From NCBI GenBank assembly GCA_001179505.1, contig CDMY01000699.1, forward strand, positions 1 to 29,155: DNA of 29,155 bases, given 5' to 3'. Both the position numbers and the translations under genes were made by a program. Positions 1 to 12,433 of this stretch are shown piece by piece. Source of the DNA: Vitrella brassicaformis CCMP3155 (taxonomy: Eukaryota; Protista; Chromerida). The notes under the pieces were generated by a model, which was given only the letters and a program-made list of their open reading frames with translations, was not told the origin of the DNA and did not search any database. Numbering within the stretch: position 1 is the first letter of the stretch; each line of letters starts with the position of its first letter.

Positions 1-569
1 TGTTCTCATCGGATGAGTGAGCGTGCCCTTTGTGCATAGGCATATGTGGATAGATTCATGGAGGCGATGTGGACAAGCGAGTGCATGGATGCCATCTGTC
101 AATTATCTCTCCTCGGATTGCCCCTAAGTTGGTTGGTTATTGTGCCTAAACTTTGCTTGACCTGTCTAAGCTCGCCCACACCTGCCAGCATCATATCCAG
201 CTCGAGCAGCTCTGCAGAATGACCGCAGAATCGACCCCAATCTCAGCAGACTCAGCCCAACCGCCCCACCGTGACGGTCGATCTCAGGAGGGCGTCTCTG
301 CAGTGCTGGGAGACGATACCTCGCCCTTGCAGCCAGCCGCTGGTCCTGTGCGGTGTTGCTCATGCAACACAGACCGGAACAGTACCACTGGATCCGAGGT
401 GCAAGAGGAAGGGGAAGAAGCGTGCCGCGAGAAGCGCTGGTGCGTAGTGCGAGTATGTGTGTGGTGGGCGCCGCCGCTGGAAGATACGCCAGGCGGGCGC
501 CGAGGATGGTGCTGGCATGGGCGGAAATTGTATAGCACTCCTTCGCCAATCCGCCCTTCGTCCCACCCC

Positions 570-845
570 ATACGCTCCACCGAATATCACCTCAGAACTC
601 ACAAGGTATTCTTTTGCTGGTCCGTCCTTCTTCCCATCCTTGTATATCCCCACAAACATCACAGACATCCGTCTGAATCGAAGCATCTTTGTGCTCTCTC
701 GCTATCCCGTCCTTTTTGCCGTGCTTAATAAGAACGCCAACCGACCACTGGCACAGAAGTATGTCTTGACTGGACCAGTATTGTAGTACTCTTTTGCAGG
801 TCCATCCTTGATATCATCCTTGTACGCTCCCTCAAACAACAATGA
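570..845 (+). repeat. Degenerate dispersed repeat (YSFAGPS..SLY.P.N-like unit)
   Basis: 606-660 (gtattcttttgctggtccgtccttcttcccatccttgtatatccccacaaac) aligns with 786-840 (gtactcttttgcaggtccatccttgatatcatccttgtacgctccctcaaac). A partial third copy starts at ~570 (tacgctccaccgaatatcac). Confidence 0.5.
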
Positions 846-1568
846 ACCTGATCTCAGGCAATGAAGCGCTCTGCAGACAGCTCGCTCGAAGAGGAGGATT
901 CCATGAAACCACCTCGGTCAGGTGAGCCTGCAGAGAGAAGTGCTGGCGCTTTGTGCGTATCGATGTTGATGTGTCTGTCTCTTCATATCATCCATCCGTC
1001 CATTCGTCCATGTTCACCTGTCTAAATCGTCCCACGACCGACAGCAGGCATATGATCGCAGAGACAGACCGCTACCAGTTAGTTAGTTAGTGCTTACCTA
1101 ACACACACAGACACTACCGAAGAGAGAAAGAATCATACAGAGGGAGAGGGAGAGAGGCAGGGTATTGCATGTGTGTGTGTACGTATCTATCTATCTATTC
1201 ACAAGTTGGCCAGTGGGGAGGGTGGCAGGCAGTGGGGGAAAAGAAGGCGCCAGCCACTCCGAAACAATAACAACTCCTGCACTTGCGCTTAATTACCGCC
1301 GCCCATTCCCACCGCACCCCATACCCATCCGCCCTCACTTCCTGACCGACTGACTGACTGACTGACCGACTTGTTTGTCACGCCCATCCATCCATCCATT
1401 CACACCCCCCCAGCCCCCATCACTGGCTGTTGCACAATGCGTACGCACGTACAGCATATGATTACGCATGTCGGCACCGACGAAGAACAAACGCACTGCT
1501 CTGTCGCCTATCTATATCCCTATCGTATCGTGAGTGTCATGCAGTCAGTCTGTCAGTCAGTGAGTGAG

Positions 1569-4500
1569 CTAGTAGTAGACAGTGCCCCGGCCGTGCGTGT
1601 GGTGGTGTTGCGGCCCCATCCCGCCCTCCTGCACCCCGCCACCACCACCAGGATGGTGGTAGGGCTGCTGGGGGTACCCGAACTGGCCACACTGCATGCC
1701 ATACTCGTGCCAGGGCCCCTCCTCGCCCCACTCGCCATGGCCTGTGGAGGGGCCGTACGGCTGCCACCCCGCATGGCCGGGATGATGGGGGTGGCCCACC
1801 CCCCCACCGTCCTGCCACTCTGGGACGCCCATGCCGAAATACCCACCCTGATGATGCGACGCATACGGGTCCGCCATGCCGTTGTCGGCGTATCCGTGGT
1901 GGTAGCCGTTGTAGCCCTGGAAGGGCGAGGGGCTCATCATGTCCGCCTCGTCACCATAGGGCGATGACTGCCCGTCGAAGCCGCCAGCGTCGTCCTGCAT
2001 GAAGTCGCTCGCCAGGCCGTTCTCGCGCGGGGGCCAGTCGAAGGTGTCATCGAAGAGCAGACTGTTGGCGAGTGCGGGCTGTGAGAGTGCAGCGGAGAAG
2101 CTGATGGGCGGGGGGGCGCGGGGTGGGCGGCCCAGGATGGATCGTGGGCGGGGAGGGGAGGCGTCGGTGGAGGGGAGGGCCCACAGGGGCGTCTCGGTGT
2201 CCTCATCCTCATTGTCGCCTTCCGTCTCGCTGTGGTTCCTGGGCGATGCGTCGTGGCTGCCCTGGTGGCTGTTACTGGTGCCCTCCCTCTCCCTCTCACC
2301 CTCCCCCTGTGACGACAGCTTCTCCGACATCCGGCCACTGCCGATGACCCCCGCCTCCCGCTTCGCCCCCTGGGCCTGAATGGCCTCCAAACTGATCTCC
2401 TCAAACCCTGGCGGCACTGACGGACCACCACCGCTACTGCCAGGTGCCTTGCCCGCCTTGCCACTCCAGTCTCCCCCTGTGGGCCGGCCCTTGCCCTGCG
2501 CAGCAGTGGGTGTATCGTCCCACCCCGCACTGCCCGCAGCAGACCCCGTGACCGACGCAGACGGCGCCGCGTTGTGATAGAAGAGCCCGCCGGGACTGAA
2601 GATTGCGCCGTAGTCGAGTGCCGTGACAACGGACGTGTTGCGCTCCTCCTCGCTCCTGCCCTCGGTGACATTACCGTTGGACGTGTCCGTCATGGTGGCC
2701 AGGGACGAGTTGGCCGGGGGCGACGAGTCGTCAAAGTCATCGAGGTCGGGCAGCAGGGAGGCCAGAGGGGGAAGGTCCAGGGGTTGAGAGCGGTGGCTCT
2801 GCTCGGCAAAGGTGGGTGCCTTGTTGCCCACGGGAGGGGGCTGCATGTCGGGAGGGGGCTGTGGGGGGGCGGAGGACGGCTTGGACAGCGACGGGTCGCT
2901 CAGCAGAGTCTGCAGTAGCTCCATGAGCTGCTCTGTAGTGCTCGTTGTTGCCCCCTGCCCACCGCTGCCACTTTGCGACCCACCGGGTCCCGACGCGCGA
3001 GACGACGCGCCATTGACATTGCCGCTACTACTGCTGCTGTTGGTGGTGGCATGTCTGAGAATGGACTCGGGAATCTGCTGTTGGATGGACGGCAGTTGGG
3101 GGCTGGCGCGTGGGACGGCCATGGGCGGCATGGTGGGGCGGCCTGGGATGCCCGCAGTGAGGGGTGAGGACCGGGGAGGGGAACTGCTCAACGATGCCAT
3201 GGAAGGGGCGGACGTGGGCGCACTCACTGGAGACACGCCTGAATGGATCGATGATCACCACATCATGAGATGACATTCATGAAGGCAGGGTTGTGGGGAT
3301 GTCTCGTGGCGTGGTCCCCACCCACCCACCTGTTGGTCCCTCTTGCTCCTGGTTATTGTTCTTGTCGCTCTGCAAAAAGTCCGCAAACGACTCGAGGAAC
3401 CGCATGATGTCTGAACTCATACGCACAGGCGACTCGTCGCCCCCGCCCTTCTGACCATCACCACCACCACCACCACCCACGGCTTGCCTCCCTTCAGCCG
3501 CCCCGTTGTGCACCGCACCCGATGGCCCGCTGCCGTATGACGATGGGGAGATGGATTGCGGCACGGTGGGCTTGGTGGCCGCCGCTGCCTTGCCCGCCTG
3601 GCTGGCGTCCTTGGTGGGAGAGGACGACAGAATGCCGACCAGTGTGTCGACCAGGGAGGCCACCAGCCCGTCGCTGGTCCCCGACTGGGACCCTGGGGCG
3701 GTCGATGACGCCGACGCCCTGGCGATGCCGCTCGCGCCAGTCAGTTGAGACATGGCGCTGAGCGACGGGTTCTGGGTCTGGGGCTGCACGATGGGCTTGG
3801 CAGCCTGCGTCTGGGGGTGGGGGTGAGCCTGCTGGACAGAGCTGAGGGCATTGCCTATAGGATTCCAGTCGGTGGGTGGCGCCGAGCCGCTGGCTGTGGC
3901 GGTGGCATGGCGCATGTGTGGCGGAGGGGGCTGCTGGGGATGTTTGGGGATGGGCGAGAGTGATGGTGGCGAGAAGGGAGGGGGCGGGGGCATCACCACC
4001 ACTCGGGGAGGCACGTAGGGCGCCAGGGTCATCATGTTGGTCGTGCTGCTGCCGTTGGTGGGGGTGAGGGAGGCCAGGAGGCTCTGCAGCTCGGGTGAGA
4101 GGGGAGGGGGGCCGCCTGACGGCATCTTGACCTGATTCGTTGTTGTGGGGGATGGCTTTGGGGCTGCATTCTGCTTGGTGGTACGGTTGGCAGGTGCTCC
4201 GAGGGAAGCGAGCAGATCCATCACCTCCTGCACGCGACGCTGCGTACCTGAACAAGGAAGGCAATCAAACCAGAAATCAGACAATCGAAGCGTTCGAGAG
4301 AAATGGTAGGCACGGTTGTTCGCTGTTTGTTGTTGAGTAATGCTGTCTTGTGTTGTGTGGTGCTGTTTACTTTGCAGTGTGAGGTCGAGTTGCATCTGCA
4401 TTTGGTCGAACTGGTGTATGGTGTTGTTGGTGCTCTCTTCCAGCTTGTTGAGCCGCCCCCCCCACTCACCACCCCACACCTCCAACTCGCGAAGGAACCC

Positions 4501-5250
4501 ATTCAGCGCACCACCACTCGACTGACAACACACACAAAGGGCAGAAGGGAGTGGAGGGAGGAAGGAACATGTGCTGTGCACAAGCCGCAGTGGTGTTTGG
4601 GGGTGTCTGTATGTCTGAGTACGGTACCTGCTGAGTAGGGTGGTGTTCTGTAGTGTTGGGCTTGGATCTGCTGGTGTCCGCAGCGGACTTGAGGGCGTCA
4701 CTGTCACCCCTGACATCGGCCTCTTTCTCATCAGCACCCTCACCTGCACGTCACATACATAGACCACAGCCAACAGCGCAAATGAGGGAAAAGATATACC
4801 CTTGCCCTGTGTCCCCATCCTCTCTCGTCCCATCCCCCGCCTCTCGACTTGCTCACCATCTGTGGCCTTCGCCTCCTTCCCATTGGTCGTTTTGACCGCC
4901 CCACCGCCCCCCTCCCCACCCTCGCTCCACTCTCCCTCACCCACTCCACTTTCCGACACGCCATGCACCTCTTTCGCAGCATTGGCACCGCTGCCCGCAT
5001 CGACGCCCTTGCTGTCGTCACACATGTCTCCATCAGCCAGTGGGTGAGGGAGGGGGAGTGGTTCGGGTCCAGTGCCGAGGTCGTTGGCGCCTTCATCCCG
5101 GCTCTCGGGGGTCGTGTGGGTCTCCTCCTTGGCCGCATCGCCTCCCTCCTCATGACTCACCACCGCCCCATCGCCTTCGAGCGTCTTGACGCAGCCCTTG
5201 GCCATCGGATCGACATGAGCATCCTCCGACATCGCCGTGGGCTCGCTCAT
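1569..5250 (-). CDS. Hypothetical low-complexity (Pro/Ser/Gly-rich) protein, ~1082 aa, 5 exons
   Basis: GT-AG splicing gives exons 5250-4857, 4743-4628, 4521-4371, 4247-3330 and 3238-1569. All phases are compatible and join the long ORFs 3277..5250 and 1569..3236. There is one short helical/coiled-coil-like segment (RLNKLEESTNNTIHQFDQMQMQLDLTLQSTQRRVQEVMDLL); the rest looks disordered. No recognised domain. Confidence 0.75.
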
Positions 5251-5440
5251 TGGGCCTCACCAGCCTCCAACAAACATGGGCGTCGGCAACTGCTATGAAT
5301 ATGCTGACGTCGACAAAGGCTATGCAGAGCACCCGAAAGAGGAGCTCGGGGAAGGAGGGTTTAGGTGCGCGTAAAACAGGAGCGGTTTCAGGAAGCACCC
5401 TAGACGGACTTGGCCGCTTACGTCAAAAGATCTCCCTACC

Positions 5441-7333
5441 ATGGCACTCAGGCTGCCCATGCGGCTTTGTCTTCTGTTTCTGGCTGCTTGTCTTGTATTG
5501 CCTCACTGTGGTGCACTTGAGCCCGTCAGCGGGTCTGCCGGGGTCTTGTTGCAGGTCAGACCCTCCAACCAGAGTCCATGAGGGCGGTGCTGATGCATCT
5601 GTGTATTCTCTGCATCAGGGCCTGGGCGCGTTGACTCTTCTCAAAGGTGAACAACACGACGACTTGATCTGTTCTGTGTCAGGCAGTCTGTCTGTCTGGA
5701 TGTGTTACTCAACGCTCTGCGCTACACAGGGGGGCGGCGCTTGACCAAACTGCTCGGCAGGTATGTGCCCACCAGAGGCTTCGATTGGCGGCCATATGCA
5801 GGTCAGCTGACTCCTGAACACCGCAACTCATGGTATTGACTGTCTTGGCTTGTCTTCTCCTGTCACGCATGTCGGCGTCACGCAGGCGATTGGGCCGTCA
5901 TCACAGGTGCGACACTCGCTCGTCAGGCTGTCTAAACAGATTCATCCACACCATTCCAACTCTGTCTGTCTGCTTGTGGTCAGGTGCGTCCTATGGCATC
6001 GGGCGGAGTTATGCGTTGGCGCTGGCCCGTCGCGGGGTGAACGTGGTGCTGATAGCGCGGTCGCGTGACAAGTTGCAGCAGGTGGCCCGTGAGTGCGAGC
6101 ACTACGGCGTGCAGGCAAGGGTGGTGGTGCTCGACCTCTTCGAAACCTCCGCTCTCGAAATGCACAAAAAGGTCAGACACCAATCCATCCCTCCATTCTT
6201 TGAACGGCAACTGCACGAGTGTTGATGTGTATTTCCTTCGTTGGTCGTATGTCTGCAGGTGGAGAGGGCGTTGCGTTCGCTGCCTCACCGCAAGGGCGAC
6301 AATCCGCGAGTGACCATCCTCATCAACAACGTTGGTACGCACACTCAGCCCGCGACGAAAACACATCTGCGCGGGGAATGCGTGGACGTCTGTTTGCTTG
6401 CCTTTGTCTGCCTGTCTGTCTGTGTGGGTGTGTATGCAGGTGGTATCGGTCCGTCCACGAAGCGGTGGCTGGACGCCAACAGTCAGATCTCCGCATCGGG
6501 GGGAGTCAAGTTCGGCTTCCTCGACCTGCCAGTCACATTCCCTCTCGAGACCATACAGGTGGGTGGGTCGGGATGCGTTCACGTCACGGCAAAGGATCAC
6601 GGTCGTTTATTGCCCTGCTATCGTGTCAGATGAATATCGAGCCGATGGTAGGATCCTGCCTTGCCAGGCAGACGTTCCTCCACCCCGTGGTGTGCTTTGC
6701 AGGTAACCCTTACCCATGCAGTGCTGCCGATCATCAAGGAGTCCATCTGCGACCAGCAAGGAGACCCATCAGACACGGCTCCCGCCACGCGGAGGAAGAA
6801 AGGCATCGTCCTCAACGTCAGCAGCATCGCCGCACTCATCTACCTGCCCTTCAGTCGGCTACACACGGCACAACACAACACAACATCGGCCATTGTGTGA
6901 TGTGGTGCTTTCCTTTGTAGTTCCGGAGTACTGTGCATCCAAGGCCTTCGTCAACGCGTGGACGGGCAACCTGGCCTGGATGTTCAACCGCGATGACATC
7001 CTGATGGAGGCGGCGATGCCTGGAACAGTCGCCACCCCGCTCACACGCGGCCAGGGCGTTGACGCCGACGAATACGCAGAATAGTGAGCACAACGGACGC
7101 ACGCGGACAGACAGACATGCACATCCCATGCACCTACCTTTGGCGATCCCCATATTGTCAGTTCCCTGAAGCGCCTTGGTTTGGAGGGCGCCATCTCAGT
7201 GCCCCACCCCACCCATGCGCGAGGTGCGGCCATCATCCGCGCGCTCGGACCGGCCGGGGCAGTCAGCACCATGCAGCGAATGCGCCGGATCAGCGACAGC
7301 GCCAAGCGCCTTCTCGGGTGTCACAAGCAGTGA
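5441..7333 (+). CDS. Short-chain dehydrogenase/reductase, very-long-chain 3-oxoacyl-CoA reductase (KCR)/17beta-HSD12-like
   Basis: The spliced product has a Rossmann motif (DWAVITG|ASYGIGRSYALALARRGVNVVLIARS), LINNVG, GIVLNVSS, the catalytic YCASK (YxxxK) and AMPGTVATPL. The N-terminus is hydrophobic (MALRLPMRLCLLFLAACLVL). The last exon ends ...RLLGCHKQ* at 7333. One 5' exon junction (~5650-5700) is unresolved. Confidence 0.85.
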
Positions 7334-8754
7334 GAGGGGGTGTGACTGACGTGTGCAGACAGACAGACAGGTGTGGTCGGATGACAGAAGTTTGGCTAGT
7401 ATACGTATGTAGCGGTATGTGTAGCGGTGTATCGGTGTAGCGGTAGGAGTTTCTTACTGGGGGAGGTCGGGCGGTTTTGATGGATGGATGGATGGATGGG
7501 TAGGTAGGTAGGTGAGAGAGACGAATATTGGCTGTCTCTCTCGTGTACAGTGGTGGGACTTTTACACAGTTGCAGCAAGTGGGTGAGTGGGTGAATGAGA
7601 GAGTGAGCAAGTGGAATGGCATCAATCGTTCCGTCGTGTATCCTACTAGCTAGTACGTGTCCCGTTTGCCTAGTCCATGTCACTCGTGTGTTTGCCCCTC
7701 TCTGGTGCGTCAAGCGCAGACAGACAGATAAGCTCATTGTCCGTTAAGTGTATATCGTCTTGTGAGAGTGAACTCGTCCGCGTGCACACCACACAAGAGA
7801 CAGACAGACAGATAAAGGGAGCTGGCTGGCTGCAGAGATGGCGAGAGTCGGAAGTGCCCCGGCACACAGAGTGAGTTGAAACGAGCGAGCATTGCACTGC
7901 TGGCGCCTGGCTGACCGCCATGGGGCAGCAAGAAAACATGAGATAAAGAGCAATAGCACTGCCTGCCTGCCTGCCTGCGGGATCGATCGGCCATTCGGGG
8001 TGACTTGCATGACTTGTGGGGACCGAAGCAACAACAACAAAGAGAAATCAAAGGGGCCACACGTCAACAGCGTATACGCACAGCAATCCACAACGGTATC
8101 TCACCAACACAGGCGAGCATTATACACACATACACACACTGCACACATACGTATCTACACAACAAACAGTCAGTAGCACGGGTGAGCACCACCCATCGGT
8201 CAGCACGCCGTGTCACCGGGTCACAGCAGGCAAGCGATGTCATTCATTGATTCACTCGTGTGTTGACTCATCTTCTTAAGTGCGGCCCACGTGTGCGGAT
8301 GTGATAAAGGGATAGAGAGAGGGTGACCACTGAAAAAGAGGCGTGCAATCGCTCCTGATTCCCCCGTGCACCCACCCCACCCGATCCCCACCCCATCGCC
8401 ACCCTCCTGTGTTAGTCGTATTGTATTGTATTGTATTGCACTGCACACATTGGCCCCCTCCCTCCCCCACACAGACAGACAGACAGACAGGTGGCATGTT
8501 ACGTCTAGATGCGAGCCAATGAGAAGCACGCAGGCAGGTAGGTCGGTATGTGTGCGGGCAATCGGATAAAGGCAGGCCAACGGGTGGTGTCCCTCCCCGA
8601 CCCACCCTGCCCCGCCCCAAGTACAACAACTCAGGCACCTCTTATACCCCCGGCCACGCACACAGACAAAGCACTCTCAACACGTTCACCGCTCATTCAT
8701 CGACCAGTCCATTTCCCATCCAGCCATCCCCCCCCCATCCCTCTATCCCTTCTA

Positions 8755-10721
8755 TCACGCGCGTCCGCTTCGGTTGAAAGTGTTCTCGCGTCTGCCGCCC
8801 CACAGTTGCTCGTCCGCCACCCCCTTGGGGCCCATGTGGGTGCCGCTGGCGGCATGTGGGTGTGGAGTGGTGTCGGTGGCGGCCTGGCCGTTGTTGCCGT
8901 CGAGGAAGTCGAGGAGCGATGCGGTGAGTCGGGAGGCCACGATGGCCGATGGGTCTGCGTGTGCGATGGTGGCATTGCTGGTGGAGTAGTCTGCTGTGGT
9001 GGTGTTGGTGGAAGGCGACGTGCAGTTGCCGATGCTGTCCTTGAGTTGCTCCTGCAACATGATCGCCTGACAGACAGACAGACAGACAGGTGTCTTGGTC
9101 TGTAGAGGGGGATCTGTGTGGATATGCCTCTCTGACCTTTGTGCTAGGGTGGTTTGGAAACGTGATGGGCGTGGAGGGCAGCACATCCTCCAGCCAGTAC
9201 GGGGGCGGCACGTCGTCAGGCATGTACCTGCACAACACAACAGCACCACTCCCAACAATACAAAGAGCTGTCTCCATTTCCCCTCTCTCCCCTGTTACCG
9301 TGGTGGCAACGTCAAGTTGGTCTGCATCATCACGCGCCCCTCAGCAGCGTCGTTGTCGTCCGACTTGGACCGTGTACTCGACTCACCCACGTCCACACCC
9401 CCCATCCCCACGCCCATACCCATCCCAACACCCATCCCCACCCCCAGACCAGTCCCGCCAAACAGCGCTCTCATGTCCGCCGCCCCCATGACTCCACTGC
9501 CCCCATCGACCACCGACTGAAACAGTGAAGGTGCCTCCAGCTCGATCTCCACCCCACTGTTGGGCAACACTAGCCCCCCGTTCTCCCGCAGGTAGTCGGC
9601 GAGCGTCTGCACGGCCGGGAACACCAGCTGGTGCTGCTCAGCAGGGGGCGGGGGTGGAGGGGGAGGAGGGGGTGGAGGTGGTGGGGGCGGTGGAGGGGGC
9701 GAGTCGACGGCGACAGCGGCATTGTCGCGGATGAAGAGTGTGCGTGCTGCTTCGGCGGCCCGCTCGGATGGTGAGAGCTCCGCGTTGCCGTGGGCGTGGC
9801 GGCACTCGGTGGACGAGAACTTGCACTGACCTGAGCATTAACAAGGCATGGGTCGGCTTGATGATCGCCCATAGCACAAATGTGACATGGTTCTCACCCC
9901 GAATCCACTGCGGACAGACTGCACACGGGAACAAGACGCAGACGCAATAAACAGACACCGGTAGACATAGATGGCAAATGGATCCTGTGGGGTCACCTTT
10001 GGTCTTTCTGAAGAGTCCGGTAGCTCTGAGTTCCGACTCAGAGTGCGCAACTGCAGACAACCACAGCCACCACAGAATGGATACACGTACGCGGATCGCA
10101 TGACACGTGCTCTCGTCAACTTACATGGACACAAAGGTCCCCGCGGACACGTCGTCCCCTGCACGCACCCATCCATCCGTTCATTCATTCATGCCACCGC
10201 ATTTTGACAAATCCGTCCGCTGTCCCTCTTGATCAGTGCTGGACCGACCTCTTTTACAGTGCGGCAGAGTGACGTGAAGTTCAGATCAGGCCCCTCACGC
10301 TGCGCAAAGAGAGAGAAAGCACACATGACCATATACGAGGAGGGTTGAGTTGAGTGTGGGTTGGGTGCGCACTGAACTGACCAGGTCGTGTATGCCGTGT
10401 GCGAATCTGCATTGGCTGGGGTGGTTCATAAAGCGACACTCGCCCTTCGCATGCCACGGACACAAACTGCAACCACAACCACATAAATGCATGGGCGTCC
10501 CTTCCTGTGTCCCTGTGCTTCTAGCTAGAGATGGTTGCACCAACCGGCTCTTGAAGAACTGAGAAAAGAATACCGACAGAGGCCATGACGCATTGTGCAT
10601 TCCTTCTCCTGTGCTGTGTCTGTCTGTCTGTCTGTCTGTTTGTTCCTTCCCCCCTCACCTGTTCTCTGAACTTGAATCGTGACTGAGGCAGCGTCAGGGA
10701 GGTCTTACGATCAGCCATCAT
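8755..10721 (-). CDS. CCCH zinc-finger protein (3 fingers) with poly-Pro and disordered C-terminus
   Basis: Spliced: REQ|FFKSR|LCPWHAKGECRFMNHPSQCRFAHGIHDL|REGPDLNFTSLCRTVKE|GTTCPRGPLCP|FAHSESELRATGLFRKTK|VCPQWIRG|QCKFSSTECRHAH. The fingers are C-x7-C-x8-C-x3-H, C-x8-C-x5-C-x3-H and C-x7-C-x6-C-x3-H. The downstream exons end at TGA 8755. Confidence 0.85.
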
Positions 10722-11227
10722 CCCCGGAGTGGGTAGGTAGGCAGGTTGATCTCAACCAAACAACCACACGACTCAATAAAGAGGCGGGAGCCCAGCCCTT
10801 CCCTCACCACCAATCAGCCTGACGCACACACAGACGACCACGACAGACGCATGCATACACAAACCAGCCAGCCCTCACGCCACCCCCCCTCATGGGCGGA
10901 CCCCCCAAGAAATACATACCCGTGGCTATTTTGGTCGGGCGACAAGAGCGATGATGGGTTCTCACGGACTGGTGTTGTGTCGTGTGGGCGTCAGGCCAAA
11001 GCTCCTCACCAAGTGGTCCATAGCGTGACAGGGACACCTCGGACAGACACGCGGACAGACAGCGCGACAGGGACTAAAGCCTACGTCTGTGTGTTGTGTG
11101 GGTCACATGCGGAGCCTGAGGGGGCTTCCTGAAGCAGGGCCCTCTTTTCCCTCCTTGAGCGCGCAGGAAGATCAGATCGCAGGTTCTTCCCTTTGTCCCC
11201 CTTTTTCAAAAAAGCAAGCCCAGCAGG

Positions 11228-12433
11228 ATGCACCAGAGGCCCAAGACTGTGCTGAAGGGGTCAAACCTGGCGAAATTCAGGTAGATCACTGCGTGGGGAC
11301 GCATGTGCCTTGTGGAGCACGCCATTGCCATTTTTCAGGACGCTTGAGTGCAAGCACGGCGCCTCATGTCCCTTCGGTCGGGGCTGTGTGTTCTCGGTAG
11401 GCGACGAGTGGTGAGGGAGGGGAGACGCACAATGGTTGTTGAGCTGGGCAGTGAGGGTCGGATCTGACCCCTCGTCTGTGTATGGTGTGTGTTGTCTGTC
11501 TGTCGGGTGCAGCACAACCATGAGGAGGGGTTAGACGTGCGCAGACGACCATACAGGACGAATGTGGACGAGACGCCCATCAGGCTCGAGTATGGCCCTG
11601 AGCGCTGTGCCTACATCGATGACCCCGAAAGGTGCCCTCGGGGGCCTCACTGCCCATTCGCACACTCCGTTGGTACGTGAAGTGCACAACACCTCAGAAC
11701 AGCAGAGGCAGCCACGAGCCATCGATGCACCGCATATATATGTTTGTACTCATGATGTGTCAGAGGAGCTACGTTTCCACCCGCTGACGTACAAGACCAT
11801 CGTCTGCGAGGCTTATCAGGCGGGCGCCTGCCGGGACCCATACTGCCCCGAGTGAGCGAGTCACCCTAGACAAAACACCCACTGTGTCCTCAAATATGCA
11901 ACACCTTCCTTGTTGTCTCTACCTAATCTCATTGCTGCAGCATCCACAACCCGAGTGAGCGTCGCCATGTCGCGGTGGGGCGTGAGTACCTGATGCCGTC
12001 CCGCCGCGTCACGCTCAACCAGCCCCCCGCACCAGCCGTCGTAGTCCAGCAGAACCCTCTGCTGACCGGTCGCCGCGTGGCCCTCAACCAACCCGCACCC
12101 ATGCCCGCGGTCATGCATCCCAGCGACGACCAGCAGCAGGAGCCACAGGAGCAGCCCGAGCAGCAGGGCCATCAGGAGGAAGACCAACAGGAGCTGCCCG
12201 AGGGCCAGATGCGCGGCGAGGACAAGCGCCAGCAGACCCACGACCAGACAGAGCAGGAGCAGAGCATGGTCAGGGGGAGACCGAAGAGGACGAGGAGGGC
12301 GACAAGGAAGAGGAGGATATCGCTGAAGTCCACTCGCCGAATCCGTTCAACGAGCTCCTCGCCAGGACCTTGCTCGCTCTGGGACGCATGCTCACACGTG
12401 CTGGGATGGGCGCCTCGGGGGGCAAGTGAGTGA
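11228..12433 (+). CDS. Unkempt/RR-TZF-like CCCH zinc-finger RNA-binding protein (3 fingers)
   Basis: Spliced: MHQRPKTVLKGSNLAKFR|TLECKHGASCPFGRGCVFS|HNHEEGLDVRRRPY...YGPERCAYIDDPERCPRGPHCPFAHSV|EELRFHPLTYKTIVCEAYQAGACRDPYCP|DIH. The RRRP..Y...CP.G..CP.AH..E..FHP..YKT..C pattern is typical of Unkempt/TZF proteins. A Q/E-rich then basic tail follows. The start codon is uncertain and an upstream exon is possible. Confidence 0.8.

Noticed and set aside
153-1100. ORF 153..728 and a short ATG-initiated exon-like stretch at 861-921
   Set aside because: There are no recognisable motifs and I could not build a consistent spliced model. It may be a gene fragment.
1937-5300. Many long antisense or alternative-frame ORFs overlapping the 1569-5250 gene
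   Set aside because: These are shadow ORFs expected in GC-rich, low-complexity coding DNA. They show no domain signal, and the minus-strand spliced model explains the region.
7334-8754. ORFs between the convergent KCR-like and CCCH genes
   Set aside because: The region is dominated by microsatellites ((GATG)n, (CAGA)n, (GTATT)n) and the translations look like UTR or intergenic noise.
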